Under the pieces are notes generated by a model. The model made no database searches and was not told the origin of the DNA. It was given only the letters and a program-made list of their open reading frames with translations. From positions 1 through 46,430 of the forward strand of contig JAUVHW010000002.1 of NCBI GenBank assembly GCA_030593075.1: a stretch of DNA of 46,430 bases. Direction: 5' to 3'. This document shows, one piece after another, positions 36,081-45,140 of this stretch (its first letter is position 1; each line of letters opens with the position of its first letter). The position numbers and the translations under genes are program-made. The DNA comes from Ardenticatenales bacterium (GTDB lineage Bacteria; Chloroflexota; Anaerolineae; Promineifilales; UBA4811).

Positions 36081-36908
36081 GTGACCAGGCAGCAGTCCAG
36101 GAGCCGGCAGCTGGTAACAGAGCAGGACGTGCGCGCCGTTCCGCCCGGAGGGCAGTTCGCTGTCCCCCGCGGGGCGCTGGTAACGCCCCTGGCTCGGCAG
36201 GTGGCTATGGAGCGCGGGGTGACCCTGAGGGAGCCAGGAGCGGCGCCGGCCCTTGAGGAGGACGGGCTGCGCGGCGAAATCGTGCGCGTCGGCCGACTCC
36301 TGCACCAGAAGGGGTTCGTCGCTGCCACCGCGGGGAACATCTCTGCCCGCCTGGGCCCTGACAGAATCCTGGCCACCCCCAGCGGCCGGCACAAGGGGTT
36401 CCTGCGCGCTGACGAGCTGATCGTCGTTGACCTGGAGGGACAGCCCGTGGGTCCACGGCCGAGGCTCGGGCCGACCTCCGAGATGCCCATGCATCTGGAG
36501 GTCTACCGCCAGCGGCCGGAGGTCGGCGCAGTAGTCCATGCCCACCCTCCAATTGCGGTGGCGCTCAGCACGGCCGGGATCTCTCTGGCCGAGCCTATGC
36601 AGCCCGAAACCGTCATCACCCTTGGCGAGATCCCTACCACAGAGTACGCGACGCCCTCGACACACGAGAACGTTGAGGTGATTCGGGATCTGATTGGGCG
36701 GCACGACGCCATCGTGTTGCGCCGGCATGGCGCTCTCACGGTTGGGGCTGACCCTTTTGACGCCTACGCGAAAATGGAGATCCTGGAGCACACCGCGCAC
36801 GTTGCGATGCTGATGCGTCTGGTCGATGGGGCTGAACCGCTCTCCCCCGAGCAGGTGGAGAAGCTGCTGGCGCTGCGGGAGCGGTTTGGCGGGCAGCCTC
36901 TGGGATGA
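36081..36908 (+). CDS. Class II (zinc) aldolase/epimerase family protein (FucA/RhaD/AraD-like) with a ~50-aa N-terminal extension
   Basis: ATAGNISARL, SEMPMHLEVY, VVHAHPP and LRRHGALTVG are class II aldolase/adducin-domain motifs. GTG start preceded by GGAGAC. The N-terminal module matches RpiB. Confidence 0.85.
   Translation: MTRQQSRSRQLVTEQDVRAVPPGGQFAVPRGALVTPLARQVAMERGVTLREPGAAPALEEDGLRGEIVRVGRLLHQKGFVAATAGNISARLGPDRILATPSGRHKGFLRADELIVVDLEGQPVGPRPRLGPTSEMPMHLEVYRQRPEVGAVVHAHPPIAVALSTAGISLAEPMQPETVITLGEIPTTEYATPSTHENVEVIRDLIGRHDAIVLRRHGALTVGADPFDAYAKMEILEHTAHVAMLMRLVDGAEPLSPEQVEKLLALRERFGGQPLG
36111..36227 (+). other. Conserved N-terminal module (copy 2) shared with the RpiB-like enzyme
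   Basis: LVTEQDVRAVPPGGQFAVPRGALVTPLARQVAMERGVTL. 30 of 39 residues are identical to copy 1, and 17 of the 30 identical residues use different codons. Confidence 0.9.
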
Positions 36909-37248
36909 GCGCGACCATGGAGGCAGAGAAAACAGGGCGGGCAGGCGGCCGGGAAGCAGCGCTTCGACCTGAGCCTCCGTGCCCCTGCCATCAAGAGTTC
37001 CCACATCGCATCACGCCTTCCAGCAGATCTCTATTCCTCTCTCTGCCTGCTGCTCAGTCGACTGGCGCTCCCAGTGACTTGTGGTACTCTCTGTTCACCT
37101 GTGGGGCGAGTTCGTCGCTGTTCTTTCGGGTTGACGAGTCGGCTCTCTGTCGTCGCGTACCGCACGGAACCAGCTCTTGCACAGCCAGGCTGATGCCGCC
37201 TGCGCTGGTGCAGCCGGCTGTTTCTGTGCTTGCAGCAGAGTGACTGCA

Positions 37249-40200
37249 ATGTCTGGATCGGAACCCGTCCGCATTCTATACATGGAGGACGATGCCGCCC
37301 TTGCTCGTCTCACGCAGAGGAAGCTCGGGCAGTTCGGCTATAGCGTGGACCTGGCTTGCGACGGCGAGGAGGGCCTTGCCATGTACGCTGCGGGCGCCTA
37401 CGATCTGGTGGCGGTGGACCACCAGATGCCTGGGCACAGCGGACTGGAAGTAATCCGGACCCTCGCCGCTCAGGGTCAGCTGCCACCCACGATCATGATT
37501 ACCGGTGCTGGCAGCGAAGAGACGGCCGTGGAGGCCATGAGGCTGGGTGTGGGCGACTATGTAATCAAGGACGTGGAGGGTGGATACCTTGACCTGCTGC
37601 CCACGGTGATTGAGCGGGTGCTGGAGCAGCGGAAGCTCGCGGAGGAGAAGCGGCGGGCCGAGGAGGCGCTGCAGAAAGCCCACGCTGAGCTCAAAAGGCG
37701 AACGAAGGAACACACCGCCGAGCTGACCGTCCTGCTGGAAGCAGCTAGAGCGATCTCGTCCACCACCAGTCTCAAGAACCTGCTCACCCTCATTGCCCAG
37801 CAGATGGTGAGAGCCGTTGGCGCCTCTGGCTGCACTATTTCCCGGCTGGACCAAGGACCCGACGAGGTCGTAACTTGGATCGAATGGCGAGAGGCTTCGG
37901 GACCTCCCGACGAGCCGGGCACTGCCTACGCCCTGGATGACTTCCCAGCCACGCGGTCCGTGCTGGAACGTCGTGAGCCTCTCAGTATCTTGGTCTCCGA
38001 TCCTGATGCTGATCCGGCCGAAGTCGAGTTGATGCGTCAGGTGGGCTCGGCAAGCCTGCTCATGTTGCCCTTGGCGGCTGGTGATCAGGTCATCGGCGTC
38101 GTCGAGATAGATGAGTCGAAGCGCGAGCGGCGGTTCACAGCCGCCGAGATTCACCTGTGCCAGGCTCTGGCGGACCAGGCTGCGGTGGCCATCCAGAAGG
38201 CCTGGCTGTACGAACAAGCTCAGCAGGAAATCGCCGAGCGGGTGCGAGGGGAGCAGGCTTTGCGGGAGAGCGAGGAACGCTTCCGGGCGGTGTTTGAGAC
38301 GGCTGAAGACTCTATCTTTATCAAGGACCGCTCACTACGGTACACACACGTCAATCCGGCCATGGAGAGGCTATTCGGGGTCTCGGCTTCGGAACTGATC
38401 GGCCGGACGGATGTGGATCTCTTTGGGCAGGAGGCCGGGGAACACATCAGCGAGGTAGATTCCCGTGTCCTAGGTGGCGAGATCGTCAAGGAAGAGGATA
38501 CCAAACCCGTGAAGGGGATTCCACATACCTTTCACGTCGTCAAGGTGCCCATGCGGGACAGCTCTGGCGAGATAGCAGGGCTCTGCGGGATTGCCCGCGA
38601 GATCACCGAGCGGGTGCAGATTGAGGAGGCGCTGAGAGAGGCCCGTGATGAGTTGGAAATGCGGGTCGAGGAACGAACGGCCGAGCTCGCCATGGCCAAC
38701 GAGCAGCTGCGCCTGGGGCTCGCCGAGCTGGAGCGAGCGCAAGAGCGGCTCCAGGGCCGCGAGCGCTTCCTCAGACTACTCAACGATATCACCCGCGCTG
38801 CCCTGGAGACGCCCGATCTGCAGGCCATGCTCCAGATCCTGGCAGACCAGCTCGGTGGGCTGTTCGATGCCGACGGCTGCGTCATCTGCCTGTGCGACCA
38901 GGCGCGGCAGACGACCATTGGAGCCGCGGCCGGCGGCGACACCATGGACCTTTGCTCCGGCCTCCAGTCCAGCGCTGACGAGCCGACCATGGTCGAGCGG
39001 GTGCTGCGCCATGGAAGGCCGCTCGTGGCTGGAGATCTGTTGGATCACCCAGAGGTGAGCCCAAGCATCCCTGAAGCGCTGGCGGCCCGCTCTGTGCTCG
39101 GCCTGCCGCTGGTTGCCGGGGCACAGGAACTGGGAGCAGCTTTTGTCCTCTTCAATGACCCGCACGAGTTCGCCCCGGAGGAAGTTGAGCGCGGCGAGCA
39201 TGTGGCGGGCCAGGTTGCCCTGGCTATCGCCAAGGCCTCCCTGCTAGAGACGGAACGAGAACAGCGCAAGTTGGCTGAGACCTTGCGGGAGGTCGGCAGT
39301 GCACTGAGCAGCACCCTCGACCGCGAGCAGGTACTGCGTCTCATTCTGGAGCAGCTGGGCCAGGTGGTCGCCTATGATAGCGCCTCCGTAATGCTTGTTT
39401 CCGGTGCTGAGCTAGAGACCGTCGCCAGGCGCAGTCTTGATCCGCAGGCCCTGCCGGGAGCCGCTTCCCCTGAGGTAGCAGCCCTGCCGCATGTCCAGAG
39501 GACTCTCCAGAGGAACCTGCCCGTCGTAATCCCGGACACCGCGCGCGACCCGGACTGGCTGCAGCTGCCCGGTACCGAGCAGATACGCTGCTGGCTGGGA
39601 GTACCGCTGGTGGCACGGGATCAGGCAGTCGGCCTGCTCAACCTGAACAAGAAGGAGGCGCACTCCTATTCTGAGCGGGATGCCCAGGTCGCTGCGATCT
39701 TTGCGGCACAGGCGGCTATGGCCATCGAAAACGCCCAGCTCTTTGCAGAGACGCAGAGCCGCTTCCAGGAAATGACGGCTCTGTACGGCATCTCACTCGA
39801 TATCACTGGTCGTCTGGAGATGTCAGGACTGCTCCAATCGATTGTGCAGCGGGGCAGCGAGCTGCTGAACGCTGACTCTGGCGGTGTCTACCTGTACGAT
39901 GAAGAGAGAGATGAGCTGAGACTGGCCGTTGGTCACGGTGACGCCGCGCGCCACGTGGGGGGAACCCTCAGGCCGGGCGAGGGCATAGCCGGCCGGGTGC
40001 TCCAGACAGGAGAGCCCATTGTTGCTGATGACTACCGGGAATGGGACGCCAAGCCCGCGTGGTTGCAGGATAGCGATCTGTCCAGGGCAGTGCTTGAGGT
40101 GCCGCTCAGGTGGGAGGAGCGCGTCGTAGGCGTGCTCTTTATCGACGCCGACTGCCGGGAGCGAACGTTTGGTCCCGAGGATGTCCGCGTGGCCAAGCTC

Positions 40201-40998
40201 CTGGCCAGCCAGGCGGCCGTCGCCCTTGAAAACGCGCGACTATACAAGGAGCTGCAGCAGCGGATGGATGAGCTGAGTCAAACGCAGGTCCAGCTCATCC
40301 AATCCACGAGAATGGCGACCGTCGGCGAACTGGCGACCGGGCTAGCCCACGAGATCAACAACCCGTTGACTGGTATAGTGGGGATGGCCCAGATCTTGGG
40401 CCGGGAAGCGAGCACACCGGAGCATAAAGAGGGTCTGGAGAGTATTGTGGAACAGGCCCTCCGCGCGGCCGATGTCGTGCGCGGGCTGCAGGTCTTTGTC
40501 GACGAGCCAGGCGTTCGCACGCGGGCCGACGTCAACCAGCTGCTGCGCGACACTGTTCGCCTGGTCCGTGAGCGTGCGCTGCGAAGCGGCGTTCAGATTG
40601 TCGAACACCTGGCCCCTGACCCGCTGTGGCTGGTCGCGAGCCCCCTCCAGGTGCGGCAGCTGTTCCTGGGCTTGATAACGAGAGCGCTGCTCGTCATGCC
40701 TGACGGCGGCGAACTGGTTCTGTCCACAAGAATCAAGGATGTCGAGGGCCAGAGCACGATCGAGATCCGCATAACAGACTCCGGCCCCCCCACTCCTCCT
40801 GACGAGGTGGCCTCCCTATTCGAGATCGTCTTTGACGCCGGTGCTCCCCGGCCGGGCCTCAGACTGGGGTTGGCAGCCAGCCGTACGATTGCCCAGGACC
40901 ACGGCGGCGACATCGCAGTAGAGTGCAGGCCTGGACAGGGTACCACTTTCGCGGTACAACTCCCACGCGCAGCGCGCGGAACGCGCGAAACGTGCTGA
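37249..40998 (+). CDS. Hybrid sensor histidine kinase: N-terminal REC, coiled coil, GAF, PAS, multiple GAF, HisKA, HATPase_c
   Basis: REC: ILYMEDD...LVAVDHQMPGHSGLEV...IMITG. PAS: ESEERFRAVFETAEDSIFIKD. Several GAF-like blocks end in ALENARLY-type helices. H-box LAHEINNPLTGI. ATPase G-boxes DSGPP and GLRLGL. Start at the ATG at 37249 (MSGSEPVRILY). Confidence 0.85.
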   Translation: MSGSEPVRILYMEDDAALARLTQRKLGQFGYSVDLACDGEEGLAMYAAGAYDLVAVDHQMPGHSGLEVIRTLAAQGQLPPTIMITGAGSEETAVEAMRLGVGDYVIKDVEGGYLDLLPTVIERVLEQRKLAEEKRRAEEALQKAHAELKRRTKEHTAELTVLLEAARAISSTTSLKNLLTLIAQQMVRAVGASGCTISRLDQGPDEVVTWIEWREASGPPDEPGTAYALDDFPATRSVLERREPLSILVSDPDADPAEVELMRQVGSASLLMLPLAAGDQVIGVVEIDESKRERRFTAAEIHLCQALADQAAVAIQKAWLYEQAQQEIAERVRGEQALRESEERFRAVFETAEDSIFIKDRSLRYTHVNPAMERLFGVSASELIGRTDVDLFGQEAGEHISEVDSRVLGGEIVKEEDTKPVKGIPHTFHVVKVPMRDSSGEIAGLCGIAREITERVQIEEALREARDELEMRVEERTAELAMANEQLRLGLAELERAQERLQGRERFLRLLNDITRAALETPDLQAMLQILADQLGGLFDADGCVICLCDQARQTTIGAAAGGDTMDLCSGLQSSADEPTMVERVLRHGRPLVAGDLLDHPEVSPSIPEALAARSVLGLPLVAGAQELGAAFVLFNDPHEFAPEEVERGEHVAGQVALAIAKASLLETEREQRKLAETLREVGSALSSTLDREQVLRLILEQLGQVVAYDSASVMLVSGAELETVARRSLDPQALPGAASPEVAALPHVQRTLQRNLPVVIPDTARDPDWLQLPGTEQIRCWLGVPLVARDQAVGLLNLNKKEAHSYSERDAQVAAIFAAQAAMAIENAQLFAETQSRFQEMTALYGISLDITGRLEMSGLLQSIVQRGSELLNADSGGVYLYDEERDELRLAVGHGDAARHVGGTLRPGEGIAGRVLQTGEPIVADDYREWDAKPAWLQDSDLSRAVLEVPLRWEERVVGVLFIDADCRERTFGPEDVRVAKLLASQAAVALENARLYKELQQRMDELSQTQVQLIQSTRMATVGELATGLAHEINNPLTGIVGMAQILGREASTPEHKEGLESIVEQALRAADVVRGLQVFVDEPGVRTRADVNQLLRDTVRLVRERALRSGVQIVEHLAPDPLWLVASPLQVRQLFLGLITRALLVMPDGGELVLSTRIKDVEGQSTIEIRITDSGPPTPPDEVASLFEIVFDAGAPRPGLRLGLAASRTIAQDHGGDIAVECRPGQGTTFAVQLPRAARGTRETC

Positions 40999-41070
40999 AC
41001 CAGGAAGGGAACGGGCCTGTGGGTCGTCTTCTCGCCCGATCAGCCGTCACTGTATCTGGGAACTCTCTTC

Positions 41071-43047
41071 ATGGCGAATGAGAGAATCTTGGTCGTAGAC
41101 GACGAACCTCTCATCGTGCGCGCCTGCGTGCAGATGCTGCAGGACGCTGGGTTCCAGGCGGAGGGGACGGCCGACAGCCGTGAAGCGCTGGCGTGGCTGG
41201 TGGAAAAGCCAGCCTCGGGGAGTTCCGCCGAGCCGTTTGATCTGGCATTGGTAGACATTCTCATGCCCGGAGTCGGCGGCCTTGAAATCCTCCGGGAGAC
41301 AAGACGCGAGGTCCCGGATCTGTCGGTCGTCATGATCACCGGGCACGGCAGGATGGAGACGGCGTTGAGCGCCCTGCGCCTGGGCGCCGAGGGCTTTATC
41401 CTCAAGCCCTTCACCGAAGGGGAACTGCTGGCGACGGTGCGGGACGTGCTGGCCCGCCGCCTTTTGCTGCGCGAACACCATCGCCTGCTGGACCGGTTCC
41501 CTCTGCTGGAGATTGGGCAGGCGCTGGTCTCTGCTACCGACAGGGAAGACCTGGCGGAGCGAGCGATTGAGGTCATCTCTCAGGAGGTCGACGCCGATGG
41601 CGCTGCTCTGTTGCTCAGAAATGGTGACCAGGCCAGATGGGAGGCCGCGGCCTTTGCGGGCGAGAAACCCGAGTTCATCGCTCAGGACCGGGAGATGGCC
41701 CAGTGGCTCCTATCGCAGGCGGCAGAGGCCCGCCGGCCTCTGTACCTCGACGGGGAAGAGACTGGCAGTGGCCCGCTTCGCCTCTCGCCAGAGCCCGAGG
41801 ACGGCCGGACCCTGCTTCTGCCTGTTGAGGTGCAGGACAGGACGATTGGCATCCTAGCAGTGTCCCGGCCGGTGGGCCTGCCTCCTCTGGAGCTGAACGA
41901 TGTCCTGTTCCTGGGGTTGCTGGCACGCCAGGTAGTCATTGCCCTGGAAAACGCCCGCCTCTACACGGCCGTTGACCGCAGCCGCCAGGAGTGGGAGGCG
42001 ACTTTTGCTGCCATCACCGACGGTATCTCGGTCCACGACGCGGCACTCCGCGTCATTCGCGCCAATCCAGCCCTGGCCCGTATGTTGGAAACCAGCGTGC
42101 CGGAGCTTGTTGGGCAGGATGGCGAGGAGGTGTTTCGGGACTGGTATGGTGACGTCTCTTCTCCCCTGATCGCCGCAGCCATGAGCGTTCAGGCGCAGAC
42201 CTTCGAGGTCAGCGAACCCGGCGACCGGCCCGGTCGTTTCGTGGTCCACGTCTACCCGCTGGATGATGGCAAGGGTCAGGCCAGCGGCGTTGTGCAGGTC
42301 ATCCAGGACGTTACCGAGGAGAAGAAGGTCCAGGCGCGCCTTTTCCAGACCGAGAAACTGGCCGCCCTGGGGCGCATGGTAGCTTCCCTGGCCCACGAGA
42401 TCAACAACCCCCTACTGGCCCTGGATAGCGGATTGGCCTTGCTGCTCAATCCATCTCTGGCCCAGGAAAAGAGGCAGCGCTATTTGCGCGTGGCATCCAC
42501 CGAAGTGCAGCGACTGACCGCCATCGTGGAGCGGATGCTCAACTTCTACCGCCCGTCCACCGATGAGAGCACGCCAACTGACATTCACGAGGTATTGGAC
42601 CAGGTACTGGCTCTGGCCGGCAAGAAACTGGAGCATCAAGGGGTCAAGGTTGTGACCAGCCTGGGGCCGGACCTCCCTACCCTGGATTTGGTCTCTGATC
42701 AGATCAAACAGGTCTTTCTGAATATCATCCTGAACGCGGCCGAGGCCATGCCGGAGGGCGGAGAGGTGCGCGTCTCTGCTGCTCTGACCGATTCCGAGGT
42801 GCAGGTGATATTCGAGGACACGGGCGTGGGGATGCCGGCCGACGCAGTCTCCCACATCTTTGAGCCGTTCTACACACTCAAGGAAGGCGGGACGGGGCTG
42901 GGACTGTCCATCAGTCTGAACATTGTGGAGCGGCACGGCGGGCGCATTGAGGTGAGCAGTACGCCGGGAGAGGGAAGCGTCTTCACCATCTGCCTTCCGC
43001 TGGAGATGCCGCCGGAAGTCAACTGTTCGGGTCGCACGCCACAATAG
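41071..43047 (+). CDS. Hybrid sensor histidine kinase: N-terminal REC, GAF, PAS, HisKA, HATPase_c
   Basis: REC: ILVVDDEP...LALVDILMPGVGGLEI...VMITGHG. A GAF block ends in ALENARLYT. The PAS block begins WEATFAAITDGISVHD. H-box LAHEINNPLLAL. DTGVGMP and GTGLGLSI. Confidence 0.85.
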   Translation: MANERILVVDDEPLIVRACVQMLQDAGFQAEGTADSREALAWLVEKPASGSSAEPFDLALVDILMPGVGGLEILRETRREVPDLSVVMITGHGRMETALSALRLGAEGFILKPFTEGELLATVRDVLARRLLLREHHRLLDRFPLLEIGQALVSATDREDLAERAIEVISQEVDADGAALLLRNGDQARWEAAAFAGEKPEFIAQDREMAQWLLSQAAEARRPLYLDGEETGSGPLRLSPEPEDGRTLLLPVEVQDRTIGILAVSRPVGLPPLELNDVLFLGLLARQVVIALENARLYTAVDRSRQEWEATFAAITDGISVHDAALRVIRANPALARMLETSVPELVGQDGEEVFRDWYGDVSSPLIAAAMSVQAQTFEVSEPGDRPGRFVVHVYPLDDGKGQASGVVQVIQDVTEEKKVQARLFQTEKLAALGRMVASLAHEINNPLLALDSGLALLLNPSLAQEKRQRYLRVASTEVQRLTAIVERMLNFYRPSTDESTPTDIHEVLDQVLALAGKKLEHQGVKVVTSLGPDLPTLDLVSDQIKQVFLNIILNAAEAMPEGGEVRVSAALTDSEVQVIFEDTGVGMPADAVSHIFEPFYTLKEGGTGLGLSISLNIVERHGGRIEVSSTPGEGSVFTICLPLEMPPEVNCSGRTPQ

Positions 43048-43064
43048 ACAATAGGGAGACGATA

Positions 43065-44186
43065 ATGGCAGAGAAGAAACGCATCCTGGTGGTTGACGAT
43101 GAAGAGAGCCTGGTCTATTTTCTGAGCGAGCATCTGGCCGGGGCCGGGTCTGGTTTTGAGGTGGAATCCGCAAGCTCGGCGCAGGAAGCGGTTCTCAAGA
43201 TGGAGGAGCGGCCGCCAGACCTGGTCATCACCGATCTGCGCATGCCGGGAGTTGACGGGTTGCAGCTATTGACGTGGCTTCGCAGTGCGTATCCCGACAC
43301 GCGCATGATTCTGATGACCGCGTACGGCAGCGACGAGGTGCAGGCTGAGGCCCGTCGTCTCGAGGTCTACCGCTACCTCACCAAGCCATTCCGAGTCCAG
43401 GAGCTCGTTGCTGCGGCGGAGGGGGCGCTGGGGGAGATAGCCCTCAGCGGTCAGGGGATGCTGGTTCTCTCAGGCGAGAGCTTTGGGGCAATTACGGCCG
43501 CCCTGGAGGCACTGCGGGTGGACGTGGGTGCACGCTGTGTTCTGATGTCGGACTCGTTGGGGCAACTGGTTACCCGCGCCGGCGTCGTGCACGACCTGGA
43601 CACGGGACCGCTGCTAGCACTGCTCAGTGGTGTCTTTCTCGCCACGCTGGAACTGGGCCGGCGTCGCGATCAGATCCCGCCGGCCGCCTTTAGCTATGTG
43701 GAATGCGAGGACGAGGATGTTTGCACCGTCGCTGTCAACGAGGAATTGTACCTGATCCTGGTTTTTGACAAGGAGACAGAGGCTAGCCGCGTGGGGACCG
43801 TGTGGTTCTACGCTCGACAGGCTGCCGGCAAACTGAGCCAAATGCTGGAGGCCAGCGCACGCCGGTCGACGGCCGAGGAGCGGGTCGTGGGGGATGCCAG
43901 TATACCAGCGTCGCTGATCGACGAGCTGACTGATATGCTGACGGACCTACAGCTCGACGCGGAGCCGGCCGACGTTGACCAGCCCCCTCGAGAGTCTGTC
44001 GCTCCGCGGGATCGGGCCCGAGAGGATAGCGCCGGCCTACCTGATCGGGCAGCGCTCCCGAGGGTACCGTCCCTGCTGGATATTGAGGCTGCCATTGAGC
44101 TTGGCCTGATCAGCCACGACTCGGCCGACACGCTGCGAGCAGGGCACACAGGCACCTCCGAGCCCCTGGACCTGCCCACAGACTGA
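43065..44186 (+). CDS. Response regulator with a REC domain fused to a Roadblock/LC7 (MglB)-like domain and an acidic/Pro-rich tail
   Basis: REC: ILVVDDEESL...LVITDLRMPGVDGLQL...ILMTAYG...YLTKPF. The C-terminal ~130 aa (ITAALEALRVDVGARCVLMSDSLGQLVTRAG...LYLILVFDKE...) fits the Roadblock/LC7 pattern by eye. No DNA-binding domain. RBS GGGAGA. Confidence 0.7.
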   Translation: MAEKKRILVVDDEESLVYFLSEHLAGAGSGFEVESASSAQEAVLKMEERPPDLVITDLRMPGVDGLQLLTWLRSAYPDTRMILMTAYGSDEVQAEARRLEVYRYLTKPFRVQELVAAAEGALGEIALSGQGMLVLSGESFGAITAALEALRVDVGARCVLMSDSLGQLVTRAGVVHDLDTGPLLALLSGVFLATLELGRRRDQIPPAAFSYVECEDEDVCTVAVNEELYLILVFDKETEASRVGTVWFYARQAAGKLSQMLEASARRSTAEERVVGDASIPASLIDELTDMLTDLQLDAEPADVDQPPRESVAPRDRAREDSAGLPDRAALPRVPSLLDIEAAIELGLISHDSADTLRAGHTGTSEPLDLPTD

Positions 44187-44272
44187 TGTGGCTCGACCGG
44201 CCTGCCCGCGTAGCCAGCACAGCCGCGCAGCCCGGTTCCGTGGGGAATGGGCCTCTTGGAGCTGTTTCCCTC

Positions 44273-44301
44273 TTGACGGAGAGCGCTCGACCGGATAGAA
44301 T
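44273..44301 (+). promoter_or_regulatory. Promoter of the methyltransferase gene
   Basis: TTGACG (44273-44278), a 17-nt spacer, then TAGAAT (44296-44301). Followed by GGGAGGAG and the ATG at 44337. Confidence 0.55.
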
Positions 44302-44336
44302 AGCTGCAGGATCCACAACCTGGGAGGAGTAGAGAG

Positions 44337-45140
44337 ATGCCGCAAGAGAGCATAGTGGATGCCAGCCGGCCCAGCGCCGGCCGCATATACGACTATCTTC
44401 TGGGGGGGCATCACAACTTCGAGGTGGACCGCCAGGCCGCCGAGCGGATCAAGGAGATGCTGCCTTTTATGCCCAAGGCAGTGCGCCTGTCGCGCTGGTG
44501 CTTGCAGGACCTGGCGGTGGAGCTGGCTGAGAGACGCGGCTATGACGTGATCATAGACTATGCCTCCGGTCTGCCCACCAACGACCACATCCACCACGTG
44601 GTCCCTGAAGGCACCACCGTGATCTACTCCGACTATGACCCGGTGGTGGTGGAATACGCCCACGAGATCCTGGCCGGTGTTCCCAACGTCTACTTCTTCG
44701 AGGCAAACGCGGGTCGCCCCGAGGAACTGCTCGAACGCCGCGAAGTGCAGGAAATCCTTGGGGGCAGGCGCAAGGTGGCTCTGGTCTATTGGGCCGTTGG
44801 CATGTTCCTCACCGACGAGGATCTGTCCCACGCCGCACAGTACCTCTACGAGTGGGCAGCCCCGGGAAGCTGCTGGGCCTTCAACGCTCAGGCGGCCGTG
44901 CCGGGCACCCATGATCCGGCAATGCTCAGGGCCGCGAAGATGTACGAGCAGATGGGGTCGCCTGTGCAATACCGGTCTCTGGAGACGTATCGCCAGAACA
45001 TCCGGCCCTGGCTGCCCGACGAAAACGGCTTTGTCTCATTCCTGGAGTGGCACGGCGTTGACCTTTCGATTTTCAGTCCATCGGACCTACGCGTTCTCGG
45101 TCGGACTGGCGGAGGCTACGGGGCCTACCTGGTCAGGTAG
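44337..45140 (+). CDS. SAM-dependent methyltransferase, PF04672 (Methyltransf_19/DUF574)-like
   Basis: The N-terminal signature GRIYDYLLGGHHNFEVDR and the IDYASGLPT SAM-binding-loop position match this family as I recall it. 267 aa. Confidence 0.7.
   Translation: MPQESIVDASRPSAGRIYDYLLGGHHNFEVDRQAAERIKEMLPFMPKAVRLSRWCLQDLAVELAERRGYDVIIDYASGLPTNDHIHHVVPEGTTVIYSDYDPVVVEYAHEILAGVPNVYFFEANAGRPEELLERREVQEILGGRRKVALVYWAVGMFLTDEDLSHAAQYLYEWAAPGSCWAFNAQAAVPGTHDPAMLRAAKMYEQMGSPVQYRSLETYRQNIRPWLPDENGFVSFLEWHGVDLSIFSPSDLRVLGRTGGGYGAYLVR

Noticed and set aside
36905-37243. 112-aa ORF between the aldolase and the first kinase
   Set aside because: It has no RBS, is Ser/Pro/Cys-rich and low-complexity, and contains no recognisable motif. 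The region is treated as intergenic.
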